Shown here piece after piece: positions 12,730 through 25,632 of a stretch of DNA of 64,000 nucleotides; position 1 is the stretch's first letter; every line of letters begins with the position of its first letter. The notes beneath the pieces were generated by a model. The model worked only from the letters and a program-made list of their open reading frames with translations. It was not told where the DNA came from and did not search any database. Origin of the DNA: Leptogorgia sarmentosa (lineage: Eukaryota); NCBI GenBank assembly GCA_964658305.1, contig OZ210885.1, positions 23,746,001 through 23,810,000 on the forward strand, in the 5' to 3' direction. The position numbers were made by a program, and so were the translations under genes.

Positions 12730-15271
12730 AACCGGTTGTAAAGGTGGCTCGATAGAAACATCATTGCAGACTTCAGAGAGGAGAGCAGCTTCAAGATTTC
12801 TAATTTGGTCGTGGCACGTGTGTATAAAGCCACCTTTTTTACACTCCATCGCATGGTAAGGATCGAAAGATTTTTCACAGGGACATATGCTTGGGAGATC
12901 TGGGATATATTTGTTATATCTCAGCGCCAAAGCTGAATTCTTCTTTATTCAGACAGAAGCCTTCTTCTTGCAGTGGTAAGACATTTAACCATCCAGAGGC
13001 ACCTTTATCTCGGGCTAAGGAGATTGTTCGATGCTGCTCTTGGGTAAGTTGATTATCAACCGATAATGAGGAGGTAGTTGCTCTTTCCACCCGAAGACTT
13101 CGAACTTGGGACTTTACGTTGGTAATTGCATCATCTTGTGGAAGTTGATTACATGCTTGAATGATGATCAAAGCAGATAGTGGAGCACATAACAGTTTTG
13201 ACGTAGTTTGCTCGAAATCAGCATCTTCTGGGATACGTGGGATTCCCAGTCTTCCATATTAAGTATGGGTAGAGCAAAAATTTCCCGATCAAGTTGAGAA
13301 ATATCCTGGCCAAATATAGTTGGTAGAAATTTCGAACGAATAATTTCTTCTACAGGTTGGAACAAATGAGCCACGTTTGGAATAGTCCTGATGTAAAAAG
13401 TAAACTTGTGCTTATAACCTTGCACAAAAGCAGCATATGCGGCATGTGGCTGCGTCTTCGCTATAGAGCATAAATGTTCGAGCTCAGTACACCAAGTAGA
13501 GACTTTGCTGTTAACATATTCCTCTCTGAAACAAGTATATCCAATGACAGCTCCCAGTAATCTATGACCATCGGATGTAATCTTGATGTCGTGACTTTTG
13601 AATAATTCAGTGGCTCTCTCTATCACACGGATCTTTAATTACTAACCAAGATTTCCCACTGTTGACATGATAGCCATACTTTACGCCTTCACTTATTAGC
13701 ATTTCAAAAAAAGCCAGTAAAGCACGTAGTTTACCTGCTGCGGTCGAATCATCGGCAAACCAAACCTGTTTCACCATATCATATGCATCATGAAGAAATG
13801 AAATTAATACCATGACCGAAATGGCATAGAAAGGCATGGCTAATGGGTCTCCCTGTGTTGTGCCTTCTTGCGATCGAAGCTCACCTCCGCCCACAATAAA
13901 TAGCCTCGCGGGGTTTCAATACGTGTTAATAATGGATATCGCTGGTCTTGGGCATAATGACAAAATGTTATGAAGAGCAACTTGACGATTTAGTGAATTA
14001 AATGCATTACTTGCATCAATCAGTACGATCCCTTCGGTGTTTTCCTCTTCCCATACTTGCTGCATTGCATGGATAGCTGCTTCTGCTCCAGCTTCATGCC
14101 CAGCGCAGACTTGGATCGGACCAGTCGCTTCTTTGAAATCTTGCTTAAATTCCTTCGTTAGCGCTTTCCCAACCAAGCGCCTCAAAATCTCACCAATACC
14201 GATGGGTCGTATACCAGGGGACTTGTCTAAGGGGATAAGTCTATTGGCAACATATGCTTCCAGGCAAGAGGGATCCAAACTTTCTGTTGCTATTTTCACA
14301 GCAAACAAAGCAATTTGTTCGCGCAGGCATTTACCTTCACGGTGAAATTGCTTTGAGCAAAGCATACGAACATACTGATTAGCATCGAGGTCAGAGGGAC
14401 CAGCAGCTCCCTTTAGTGTTTTCGCAGCAGCTAGTATAGTTTGCTCATCAACTGCTATACATAAATTGCGAAGGTCAATAATGGGACCATAGAGTAAGCT
14501 ACTTGGTTGTATATCTGCAGGGGCTGGATGCTTCTCCTGCAGATTTCGAAGGACTTCCTCGGATAATGGTAGGACACAACCATCAGATTCTTCGCTAAGA
14601 AGACGAAGAGCAGCATTAACGTTTCCCATCATGATTAACTTTGCAAAAGTTTTAGACAGATTGTCCGAGGTTGTCTTTGGTCGTAATTGACGTTGGATAG
14701 AACGACATTCTGAAAGCAGACGCTGTAATTCACCATCTTTTAGCCATTTGATTCTACGGCTCAAGGCTTGCAAATGATCCTTTGCTTTTGACGATGCTGA
14801 GGGCTTTTGCAGAAGAATCATTGGAAGGGTCATAAAAACCTTCAATGAAATAGCCATAAAACTATCTTCATTATTAAATTTAGATAGCCATTGTGATTGT
14901 AATTTGATGAATTCTTTGCCCGCTTTCCCTGAAGGAATTTTAAATACATTCTTCCGCCATTTCACCGCCTCATCATATGCCGAGTCAAAGGAGTCACAGA
15001 ACAATTTTCCCTCTGTCGAATAAACCTTAAAACTTGAAGAATGGTTTATAGGTTTAAAGCTAGGTAGATTTGGGAGGATTGTCGAGGTCCCCTTATGTTC
15101 TTCGGATGAAATTGACGTATCACTAAGGGATTCTACAGAGTGACTAATAAGGTCCTGGCGAAGTCTATCTTTTAGTTCACCCTTTAGACCTGATTTCGTT
15201 AGCCCCCTCAGTCCCAAAGCTTTCTTCAAGTCGATTACTTTTAAATCATCAATATTTTTCCCATCAATCAA
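12730..15271 (-). pseudogene. CRE ORF, 5' part: SAP-like motif, RT and zinc knuckle (frameshifted)
   Basis: ORFs 13916..15271, 13607..13894, 13168..13626, 12914..13171 and 12721..12930 are consecutive pieces of one protein. Confidence 0.85.
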
Positions 15272-15566
15272 GGGAAAAACACTGTCCTGACCCCATCATC
15301 GATCAAGCCTCCGTCAATCATCATGTTATTTAGCAATATTAACAATGTGACATGTATAAACAAATCATGTAAAATTGTTCACCAAATCGTTGAATAATTC
15401 GCTTCATGTACCAAATCAGCTTTCTTCTTTCCGCAATTTGTGAGAACACAGTACTATGTAGCAATTAAGATAAATTAGTTTGTAGAGGTGACTTCTTTCA
15501 GACAATAAAAATCATTTTTAAATCAAAATTTGACGGGACTCAAAATTTTGCAGCCGCCATGTTGGA

Positions 15567-17124
15567 GCGTGTTTCCAAGCTGTTCCGATTATGGCAGTTA
15601 TTTTTAAAAAGGATAGGGATAGCAGTTCAATTATCGTTGTTTCACCTTTGAAATCCCTCATGGAAGACCATGTATGCTACTTAAAGAAGCTGAATATTTC
15701 AGCAGTATGCGTTACGGATGCGCACGAGGATTGCGTCGTCCAAAAAATTATTAATGGAGAGTTTACACATATATATGGTTCACCTGAGTGTTTTCTATCT
15801 TCAACATGGAGAGGTATTTTGTCAACAAAGAAGTTTAGAGATTCCCTGGTTTGTGTTGCTGTGGACAAAGCACACTGTATCAGCCAATGGTAAGCAAATT
15901 TTAATTTATTTTAACAATTTATTCGATAAATCATATATAACAAGTATACAGTGTCTACATTATACTAATATTATGTTTTTGTGTTAGGGGATTGCCTGGT
16001 GTTGGAAACAAGAAAGTTCCATTTAGGAAGTGGTACGGTAACCTCAGTGAAATGAGATCTCACATTTCTGATCATGTGAATCAAATTGTTGTGACAGCAA
16101 CAGCCACTAAGCAGACCCAGCATGCCATCTTTGACATATTAAAGTTGAACAAACAGTGTGCTATTGTTACCGAAAGCCCAGACAGGTCCAATCTTTTCTA
16201 CTGCTTTCAGCATTTCGACAAAAGTTTACCTTTGGATTTGCTCTTTGATGATATTATTAAAGAAATTCAAATCAATGATGTCACTGCCAAAAGGATTATC
16301 ATTTATTGTCAGACAAGGAAACAATGTGGGCTTCTGTACAAAATGTTTGAAGTTGCTCTTGGCAGCAAATGTTACAAAGGATCATCCAATAAGCCTACTA
16401 GACACCTTGTTGAAATGTATCATGCTGGTACCCCAAGTTCTGTTAAAAACACATTTCAAGGAATTTGTGAAAACCTGATGGACACATTAGAGTTTTAATC
16501 GCTACAATAGCTTTTGGCATGGGAGTCAATTGCAAGAATGTACAGTCTATCATACACTTTGGTCCATCTAAAAATATCGAGTGTTACGTTCAGGAGAGTG
16601 GCCGTGCTGGCAGAAATGGTAGCCACAGTACTTGTACTATGCTTTACCACAGAATGTTGCTATCCCATTGTTGCCAAGAAATGAAGTAATTGGTTTTAGA
16701 TGAAGATGAATGCAGGAGGAAAGGTTTGATGAAAGCATTTGGATACGACTGCCAGGAATTACAACCAAAACATAATTGTTGTAACAACTGTGTGAAAGTC
16801 TGCCAGTGTTTTTGGAGTGTCCTTCTCATGTAGGACTTCAAGTACCAGCTGAAGATTCACGTCCAAGACATACTGGTAAGATGAGGTCAGTTACGGATGC
16901 TGACAGAGTGGCATTAAAGGATCAATTAAAACAATACCATGATGTAATTCTTCAGGAACATGCAAGAGTTATGCCAAATACTGTGTCCATCCCATCTGCT
17001 ATAATTGAGTTTGGCAGCTTACAAATGAAGCAAACCCTTGAGAACTGCAGTAAAATTTTTTCTCTTGGTGATCTGACAAGGTATGTCGATGTGTGGCGAA
17101 AATACCAAACTATTGGTATTTTAA
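15567..17124 (+). pseudogene. RecQ-like SF2 helicase, 3' part with one intron (~15890-15987); probably transposon-borne (AcademH/KolobokH-type)
   Basis: IIVVSPLKSLMED, SPE, VAVDKAHCISQW (DEAH mutated), [49 protein letters not shown]...CC..C; stops and frameshifts. Confidence 0.85.
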
Positions 17125-17330
17125 CTGGCTGTCCTGCTAAGAGCGGTCCGGTGACTTCGACTTTGGAAAATGGATTTCTTTTAATTTTTGTGTGTTGAAA
17201 GGCATTGATATACAAGTGCCCAAAATGAATTTATTTTTTGAAAATTTCTTTTTATGGTTTCAAAACACACGCCAAAACACATTTTACCCGTAAAGAGCCA
17301 TTTTAAAGCAAATTAGAATGTTAAATTTTG

Positions 17331-19840
17331 GTATTGTATTGTATTGTATTGTATTGTAAACTTTATTTTAAGAAGGTAACATTTGACAGTATATGAATTA
17401 CTGATAACTCCATGGCCCTCTATATATCTATACATATGAAATTCATATACACGAATAGCATTAGTTAACTAAATTAAAAATATTACATAATATATATTAC
17501 AATCGTATACAGTAAAAACTGTTGAAGTAAACTAACGTTCTATATTACTGGCGGCTTTCTGTTCATTTAATAACTGGCTATATAAGTCTTTCTTAAAATT
17601 AGACACTGTCCGTGTTTTTCTCATATTGAGATTAATTTTGTTCCAGTCGGTTACAGTTCTCACAGCGAAAGTCCTTCCCCCTTCAGTTTTTCGCTTGAAT
17701 TTAGGACATAGCATATTAAAATTTGAATATCTGGTATTTCTTTCATGGATGTCAGAGTTTCTTACTAAAGATGAATCCAAATAATCTGGAGTATAATAAG
17801 AAGTATTCACACGTTTAAAAGCTACAATAGTTCTCTTAATCATAGATTGTTTTGTAAATGGTAGCCAGTTTAAGGTATTAAAAAGATAAATAGATGGCGT
17901 TGTTCTCTCAGAATCAAGGATAATTCTAGCTGCTCTTTTCTGAAGTCTAAGTACTTTTTGAAAACATTCAGCGCTACAGCAATCCCAAACAACACTTCCG
18001 TACATTAGTGTAGGCTTGATGACAGCATTATAATATAGTTCTCTTTGTCGTTTTTTGAGATATGGGCTGATGTGCTTGAGTAGACCAAGTCGCTTTGACA
18101 ACTGCTTGCATAAGTGATCGATGTGGGCTTCGTAAGTTAAACTTTTGTCAAGAGTTACACCCAGCAGCTTTTGGCAGGAAACTTGGTCTATTTGAGTGTT
18201 ACCCAGTTTGACAGCTAAAGCTAAATTTTCGTTGTCATTTTCTAATATTTTCTTCTCGAGACGCTTGCCAGTTACCAATAATGACTTCGTTTTGTCGGTG
18301 TTTATAATCATCCTATTTCGAGTCGACCATTCACTAATTTTATCAAGATCATTATTGATGTCTTGAACCACAGTTGGAATATCAGTCCAATGCGCACTCG
18401 CTGACAGTGTTGTGTCATCTGCAAAAATGTCAATTGATGTACGAGTTAAGTGTAATGGTAGATCATTCACAAACAACAGAAACAGTACAGGCCCCAGAAC
18501 CGATCCCTGGGGTACGCCTTGCTTGATGGGTAAACAATCGGACCGTTGTCTTTCAATGGTAACAAACTGAGATCTGTTAGTCACATACGACGTAAACCAA
18601 GATAGTGCTGAATCACTAACTCTGTAAAGCTTTAGCTTGGTTAATAAAAGTTGATGATCCACAACATCGAAAGCTTTTTTAAAATCAACGAAAATCATTG
18701 CGGTAACCTCGTCATTATCCATGTTGAAAAGGATTTGGTCTGTTAATTTGATCAACGCTGATTCAGTAGAGTAACCTTTACGGAAGGCGGACTGTAGTTT
18801 ATAAAGCAATCCATTATTTACAAGATAACTCATAAGGGATTTAGCAACGTGTTTTTCAAGTATCTTGGATAGGATAGACAATACAGATATTGGCCTGTAA
18901 TTATTTCTAAGGTCACGGGAGCCAGTCTTGAACAGAGGTGTTACTCTTGCGATTTTCCATTTGCTGGGGAAAGTTCCATCAGCTATGGATAAATTTAGAA
19001 GCTTAGTCAGTGGGTGACAAAAAAACCGGAGCGACTAATTTAAGTATTTTCACACTGATGCAATCGGGCCCTGTAGCTTTCGAACTTGGTAAATTATTAA
19101 TCAGATCAGTTACTTCCTCAAGTGTTATGGGAGGTATGTTGAATTGAGTGATAGAATTATCAACCCTTGAGGAGATAAATTCGTCAAGTTTCTTTCCATC
19201 AAACAAGTCAGTTGAGAATGAGTCATCGCCTATTTGTTTAATAATATTCACGAAGTAGTCATTCAGCATTTCAGCCATTTTCAACGGGTCCGTTTCCATA
19301 GTACTGTTTTCACATTTCAACTCCACAATCTTATTTGACTTTTGCGTTTTCGTCAAAGATTTCAACGCTTTCCAAATTCCTTTCGGGTTGCCTTTATTAA
19401 TTTCAATTGTTTCCTGAAAATAGACACGCTTCGACTTTTTAATCAACTTTGTGACAAAACATCTCGTACGTTTATAATTTTCCCAATCAGCTGGTGTATT
19501 CGATTTCCGTGCCCTATTTAGTTCGTGGTCACGTTTTTTAATTGCATTTATTATATCGTCATTCATCCAGGCCGGTTGCTTTAGCTTTTTCACTCTTTTT
19601 TGTTTCAATGGAATGTGATCTTTAATTGCTTTATTCAATAATTGTTCGAGCACTTCAAGCACATCATTAACATCATCGAACACAAAAGCAGAGTCCCATG
19701 GGGAATTTCTCAAATCCTCAAGCAAGTTTTCCAAATTCAAATGTTTGAAATCGTGATAATTTATGACTTTATGACTGGATTCCTTGATTTGTTTTGCGTA
19801 TTTTCGACAAACAAACACCGGCAGATGGTCAGAAAGACCT
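17331..19840 (-). mobile_element. 5'-truncated Crack/L2-group LINE
   Basis: ORFs 19003..19818 and 17532..18881 give SDHLPVF, KATGPD.IS, YRPISVLSILSKILEK, FVDFKKAFDVVDH, GVPQGSVLGP, FADDTT, LQKRAARII. The 3' end has AATAAA and a (CAATA)n tail at 17331-17357. Confidence 0.9.
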
Positions 19841-20149
19841 TTAGTGTTGAACCTTAGTGTTGCGCTATGTCAAAACGCCTGACTATTTCAAAATTTCAAC
19901 TAGGTTAACAAGTTAAGATACAATTTATGTTTTCTCTTGCAAAAGTATAGAGTATTTAAACAAATCGTCAACGAGCGACCGTGACTTCACAGAACACCGG
20001 TTTTTACATCTTGTTTAGTCTACAAATATACACTAAAATTGAGGCCTAAGATCTCCAAAAGGGGGCATGAAAACACACTGAAAATTACTTGGCTTTGATG
20101 ATCTATATGTATCTTCCTAAAATATGAAGAATAACGTGCGGGTATCAAT

Positions 20150-21400
20150 GTGTAATTGGCGCGAGCAAAGATTTTGTAAAGCCCATGATCAGTGATTTTC
20201 GCTAATTTATAGTTAATTAACATATTGCTTAAGAAGTGCTAAAAGTAAACAATTTCTTTCTGCCCCATAAATTTCTCAGGCGAAAGAAACTACCACAGCT
20301 GGTGGAACCCTTTTGTGAATACATTCGTAATGTTTTAATCTTAACACGCTTAAAGAGCTTTGTTTTCTTCAATATTATGCCACATAGTGTGACCACATTT
20401 TATGCATGTCACACAATTTGTCTAGTTTCTAGATCTTTTTCAGAGGAAGGGTCAATTGTTCAATTCTTCCGCTGCTAATTGCTTCAACTATCCTGCTTGC
20501 ACCCTTTCTGGCCACGATTTTCAGCTTCCCAACGGGGCTTTGAATGTTATTTAGAGTAAATGTAACATAAATTGTGCAACCTCAACATTCTCTAAACCTT
20601 GATCTGAACGAACACGAGATGGTAGGTTGTAAAGACTAACAGATTCTTGAAATAGATCAAGAACAGTATTAGCCGTATTGTAGAAGCTCTTAGAAATACA
20701 ATAAGCCTAGAGTACCCGTCGATGCCTCTATGAATGACTATTCTATACGGTTCAATAAGTTTATGGTCCCCGTAAAAGGTACAAAATACTTGCGCCTGAC
20801 AATCTTGAAATTGTGTCTCCTCACTGCTGAGGGAACTGGGTTAACTCTAGCAATGGATTCCCATACATGGTTCTGTTCGATTTTTAGTTTTTTTGCTCTT
20901 AGCCCTCCTTCAACTAAACGAAGCCCTAAAAAATACATAAAAAGCAGTTTGGGATGGGGTGTATCAGTTGTAAAATTCTATGTATTAAACGCAGTATTAA
21001 TATTGTGTAATATAGGATATATTGTACCTGCTTCAGGATTTATTCTTAAAATTCCTCGAACATGCTCATCCAAGTCATCATCTCCAATACAGGTATAGGC
21101 ATCGGCACCCATAAGCATGTCAAATTCCTAGCGTCGGCGAACCAGCATCTTGAGTGAAATTCCGAGAATTTTCGCAATGTCCACCCATTTCATCGATTCT
21201 TCACGCAGTTGTTGAACTTTTGTCAACAGCAAGTCGTGGACGATGAGCATGCCCTAAATGCTCAGTTGGACAGTTGTGTTGTTGCACATCTGCTGCTTCT
21301 GTGGCAAGAGGAGCAACTGATTGGCTGCGCCTGGCTTGATACCTTGTCTTTAGAGAACGCATGCAAGTTAAGAGCCGTTCCAAGTCCTCCAGCAACTGAT
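20150..21400 (-). pseudogene. Degenerate IS3EU-like DDE integrase-core transposase
   Basis: Minus-strand pieces W.DIAKILGISLKMLVRRR, VWESIARVNP, IVIHRGIDGYSRLIVFLRAST, LPSRVRSDQGLENVEVA. Termini not located. Confidence 0.65.
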
Positions 21401-21485
21401 CGGGGTTTCCATGTTGACCAACACGACTCGAAATTAACCCGAGGGTTGACTCATCAGTATAAGCAGTACTTCATTACAGCATGTA

Positions 21486-21665
21486 CGAATCTTGACATGT
21501 CAATACAGAATCTTGATACATACATGTGAATCTTGACATACATATTTTGATCTTGATATATATATATATACTGAATTTTGTTATATATATACCGAATCTT
21601 GATGTATATATGTCAATCTTCATATGTGTGTATGAATGTTGATATATATATTACAAATCTTGATG
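21486..21665. repeat. Degenerate minisatellite of AATCTTGA(C/T)AT units with AT-rich spacers
   Basis: About 7 copies of (g)aatcttga at roughly 20-40 bp spacing. Confidence 0.6.
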
Positions 21666-21701
21666 TTTTGTCCCTTTTTAAAGTGTTTATGCAACGAAAT
21701 T

Positions 21702-24700
21702 ATACAACCGCGAAAAAAAGAACTAGAAAGACATACCAAATGGGTGCGATTTGTCCGCAAACATCGGCCTAGATGGAAGCCTTCGGAAACGTCCATATTG
21801 TGCGGGTGTCATTTCGAGGAATCTTGCTTCGAACAAAATAGAGAAACCGCCGCTTCCCTTGGTATGAGGGTTAGATTAAAGCCTGGTACAGTTCCAACGA
21901 TCGATAGCACAAACATAGTTCCGGATCAGCAGGTCGAGAAATCACTTTCAAACCGCGAGCGTAGAAAGGTATTTATCTTGACACATTTGATATATCATAG
22001 TTATTACACCATGTACAGTATAGCTACGCCCTTTTCATAGCAAACGTATTTCTTGTTTAGTGCTATGCTACGCACTTCAGATAAAAACATTTCCAGTACA
22101 TATTTTACTTTATTTTAGATTATGCGTGAGCTCTTTGAGGCTGATAAACAAACTAGCGTCGACGAGAATACGTCGTGCATCCAAACAAATATGCCCAAAA
22201 CACTACCCCACGACCCAGTTGAAGAATGCGAACAGAAGACAAACAAGGCGGACTGCACTAACTGCAAATTGTTAAAAGAAAAGGTTGTCAAGCTGCAGAA
22301 ACAAGTCAGTTACTTGAAAAAGAGACGAAGGCAACTTTATTCCAGAATTGAAGAGGTATGTGCAATGTGCATATACTGTATGTAACATTAATTTTTGCAG
22401 TATAATATATTACTTCTGTTCACAGATATCATATTAACATTTTCATATTTACCGTGACATATCGCCTGGCGACCATACAATATGTCCTTTCTCTTATTTT
22501 CTAGGAAATTGAGGAAGATGAAATGGATGTTGAAGATGTGATTGATCTGTCAGATATTGAGACTGAATTAGATGAAGATCACCTGGAGGAAGTCGATGAA
22601 GTGGAAGATGATGAAATTGAAGATGATGATGTTGAATGGATGGAGGAGGATGCTGATTATACAGAGAGTGATGATGATGAGAATTGCACATCTAGAAATT
22701 TTGTCAGGTAAATGTTATGCTATGCAGCTACATCGATATATTTTGAGTTGAAAGAACACAATATTATATGCATGTTTTTGTAGTGTTGAAGAAGGGACAA
22801 AACCATCAAATGAACCAAAGTTTGTTGTTTTCTACAATGTGTTGGTGGCCATTTTCCAACTCTTTTGCTTTCACTGCAAGTGGGACAAGCCTGCTGTTGA
22901 AGTTAGGAGAATAGGAACAATGGCAAGTGTAACTCAAAAGTGTAAGCATTGTGGAGGAGAATATACATGGAAAAGTCAACCATCAATGTTTGGGAGGCAT
23001 CCTGCTGGCAATGTGATGTTGAGCTTCGGCATATTGACATCAGGTGCAAAGATTAGCCAAACTCTTTTGGTGCTAAAACACATGGGTCTTTCTGCTATTT
23101 CCCCTAGAACCTATTTTTACCACCAGAAGAAGTTCCTCTTCCCTTCAATTCTTAAGCACTGGGGAACTGTCCAGTCCACCCTTCTTCAAAAGGTAAAAGA
23201 GGTGCAAGAACCGCAGTGGTCAGGAGATGGCAGATTTGACTCCATGGGCCATAGTGCCAAATATGGGGTATACACTATGTACTGCAACTCAACTTCCAAG
23301 TTGGTTCATTTTGAACTCTTACAGGTACATCAGTACATGCATCTCACATTGTTTATTCCTAAGTATGTATATTTCACTCTTCACTGCCTAGTACTGGAAG
23401 TACATATTTAATTTATTAGGAAACAGAAAACCCCACAAGTGAAAAATGTTCCTTGTATTTTGAATGCACAAATTTATTTAATCATGATAAAATATAAACA
23501 GGTAACATGATTAAGAATGCCATGCATGTTTCACTTATTAATACCTGTTATTTGAAACTAGTGCACTACATGTACCCCATCATTGCTTCATCAATTCATT
23601 ATTCTTAGGCAAATCAGTCTGGTTCAAGTAATGCAATGGAATTGGATGCAGCCAAGCGATGCTTTGAACTCATTTCCAACAAAGGTTTGAAAGTGTCTTC
23701 CTTCATCAGTGATCGACATAAAGGCATTGCAAAGTGGATCCGTTCAAACCACCCAGATGTGCAGCATTATCATGACATTTGGCATGTTCGTAAAAGCATT
23801 ACCAAAAAGCTTCTCAAAGCTGGTAAAGAAAAAGGCAATGAGATCATACTTCTTTGGGTGAAGGCTATTAGAAAACATTTGTATTGGTGTGCTCGCTCTA
23901 CAAAACAAGGCTTCGGAGATCTTATTGTGGCAAAATGGATATCCATTGTGCATCATATTTCAAACAAACATGATAATCACCCCAATAAGCTGTATGCAAG
24001 ATGTGCTCACGGTGAGATTGAACCTCGTGCATGGATACCAGTTGGTAAGTTTACTCAATTATGGCCTGTTGTATTTTGATTGATAACTTTAATAATTATT
24101 ACCATACATTTTAAGATTGCTCAATTACATTCTCTACCCTTATCAGGCTTCCAAAATAAATCCTTAATTTAATGACCTACAAATTGTCATTGCCTGGCTA
24201 GCATTTCCCATAAAGTAAGGCAAAAAGGGTAAAATTGGTTGATTTGGTGTATATTTTAAAATGTTTTCATCAAGTGGAAAGACATTTCATGATTGACTGA
24301 CTGTTTCTCAGTCTTTGTACTATTTTTTTTTTAAATAGGTACTGCTGCTAATGACAGAATGTCACAGATATTGCTGAATCCAAGAATATTGGCAGACATT
24401 GCAAAGCTTTCCTCTGATGGCCAGACAAGCTGCTTGGAAGGCTTCCCACAGCACATTGAATCACTGGCATCCTAAAATGCAACATTTTTCCTGGTTGGGC
24501 ACATACTGCAGGTATGTCAACCATAAATATAAATTTTGAAGGTGGATTGTACTTCAAACCAGATACAATAATTGTAAAGTAATGCAATGTATAATTATAT
24601 TATATTAGGCATATCCTTGCAGTTTGCCATTTCAATGAAAACATGAACCGAGAGAAGCGTAAGACAGCTGATGGTGTCACATACTATAATGTTGTTTTTC

Positions 24701-25337
24701 CAAAATATAAGCTTGGTGAGGAGGTGGTCCGGGAGGTTGCTGTTTATCCTACTTATGGTAAGCAGTAGTATATGTATTGGTCACTGCCAGGGTTTACAGC
24801 AGGTAGTGCTAAAAACAGGGCAATAATAATTATTTAATAAATCTGCATTGTTTCATTTTACAAATTTATTTTCCATTGTCACTTTTATCACTAGGTTATG
24901 TTGATGAAATACAAGATGTCCTTTTGGGGAATACTGAAAAGGAGTCAAAAGTTACATTTGATCATTATAATAAGAAGGTACCAAAGCCTTTGACTTCCCA
25001 GTTTCCTGACCGTAGGCCCAAAGCCGAGGCAGTCAATACCCAGAAAAAGAGGAAAAGCATGGAAACAACAATGTACCCACCATGTAAGCATATTAATATT
25101 GATGTGTTATGCTTAATACTGTATTCCCCCTTGCAGACATGCACAGATAAGATCTGCCCTTCACTTATATATAAAGTTCATCTGATTTTACTTCTAGTAA
25201 TTGAACAAGAGAAGCAACAGGAATCTTTAAAAATTGCTGCTAACTCTTCACCACAACAACAAAAAAACAGGGCAGCCCCACATTGTCGAAAGTGCAAAAA
25301 ACCAATGAAAGGACACCCACATGGTTACTGTGAATAG
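21702..25337 (+). pseudogene. Kolobok THAP-DDE transposase, about 9 exons; start of THAP and promoter deleted
   Basis: THAP C-half W.RFV....WKP...S.LCGCHF...CF....LKPG.VPTI; acidic tract; SGDGRFDSMGHSAKYG.YT; SNAMELD; ISDRHKGIAKWI; HYHDIWH; HLYWC; QTSCLEGF; terminal CRKC..PMKGH...C; GT-AG introns between blocks. Confidence 0.85.
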
Positions 25338-25632
25338 TTAATTGGAAAATAATATATGTAAATAAAGGATAACAGTTGCAGCCTCTTCTTCAGGTGCAAA
25401 ACTGGGAAAAACCATCATTAAGAAAAAGTTCCTAATTTTCATGGTTTTACACCTTTAAAAGAGCTAGTGTATTTAAAGAGGACTGTTCTATTTTATTAAA
25501 TTGTAACATTTGTTGTTATTCTTTTAAAATATCTACAAAAACTTACTTTTTGAATTTCGATTAAAATTTTAACATGTGCACTGTAAAGATACTTTTGGTA
25601 TTTTAAAAATGTAATGTTTCATGCATGCATAG

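Larger units (their letters stand above)
5959..15566 (-). mobile_element. CRE-clade non-LTR retrotransposon (RT plus restriction-like endonuclease), apparently full length, split by an RTEX-like insertion
   Basis: RT motifs GAAGPS, IRPIGIGEILRRLVGK, AGAEAAIHAM, IDASNAFNSLNR, EGTTQGDPLAM, WFADD. C-terminal zinc knuckle and RLE: CPC......HAM.C..GG, RLDVKARGF, HENEKKREY, FTPLVFGTNG. A minus-strand AATAAA lies near 5980. Confidence 0.85.

Noticed and set aside
17125..17330. Complete MITE starting CTGGCTGTCC that truncates the helicase
   Set aside because: It looks like a Tc1/mariner-type end, but I found no matching opposite TIR or TSD.
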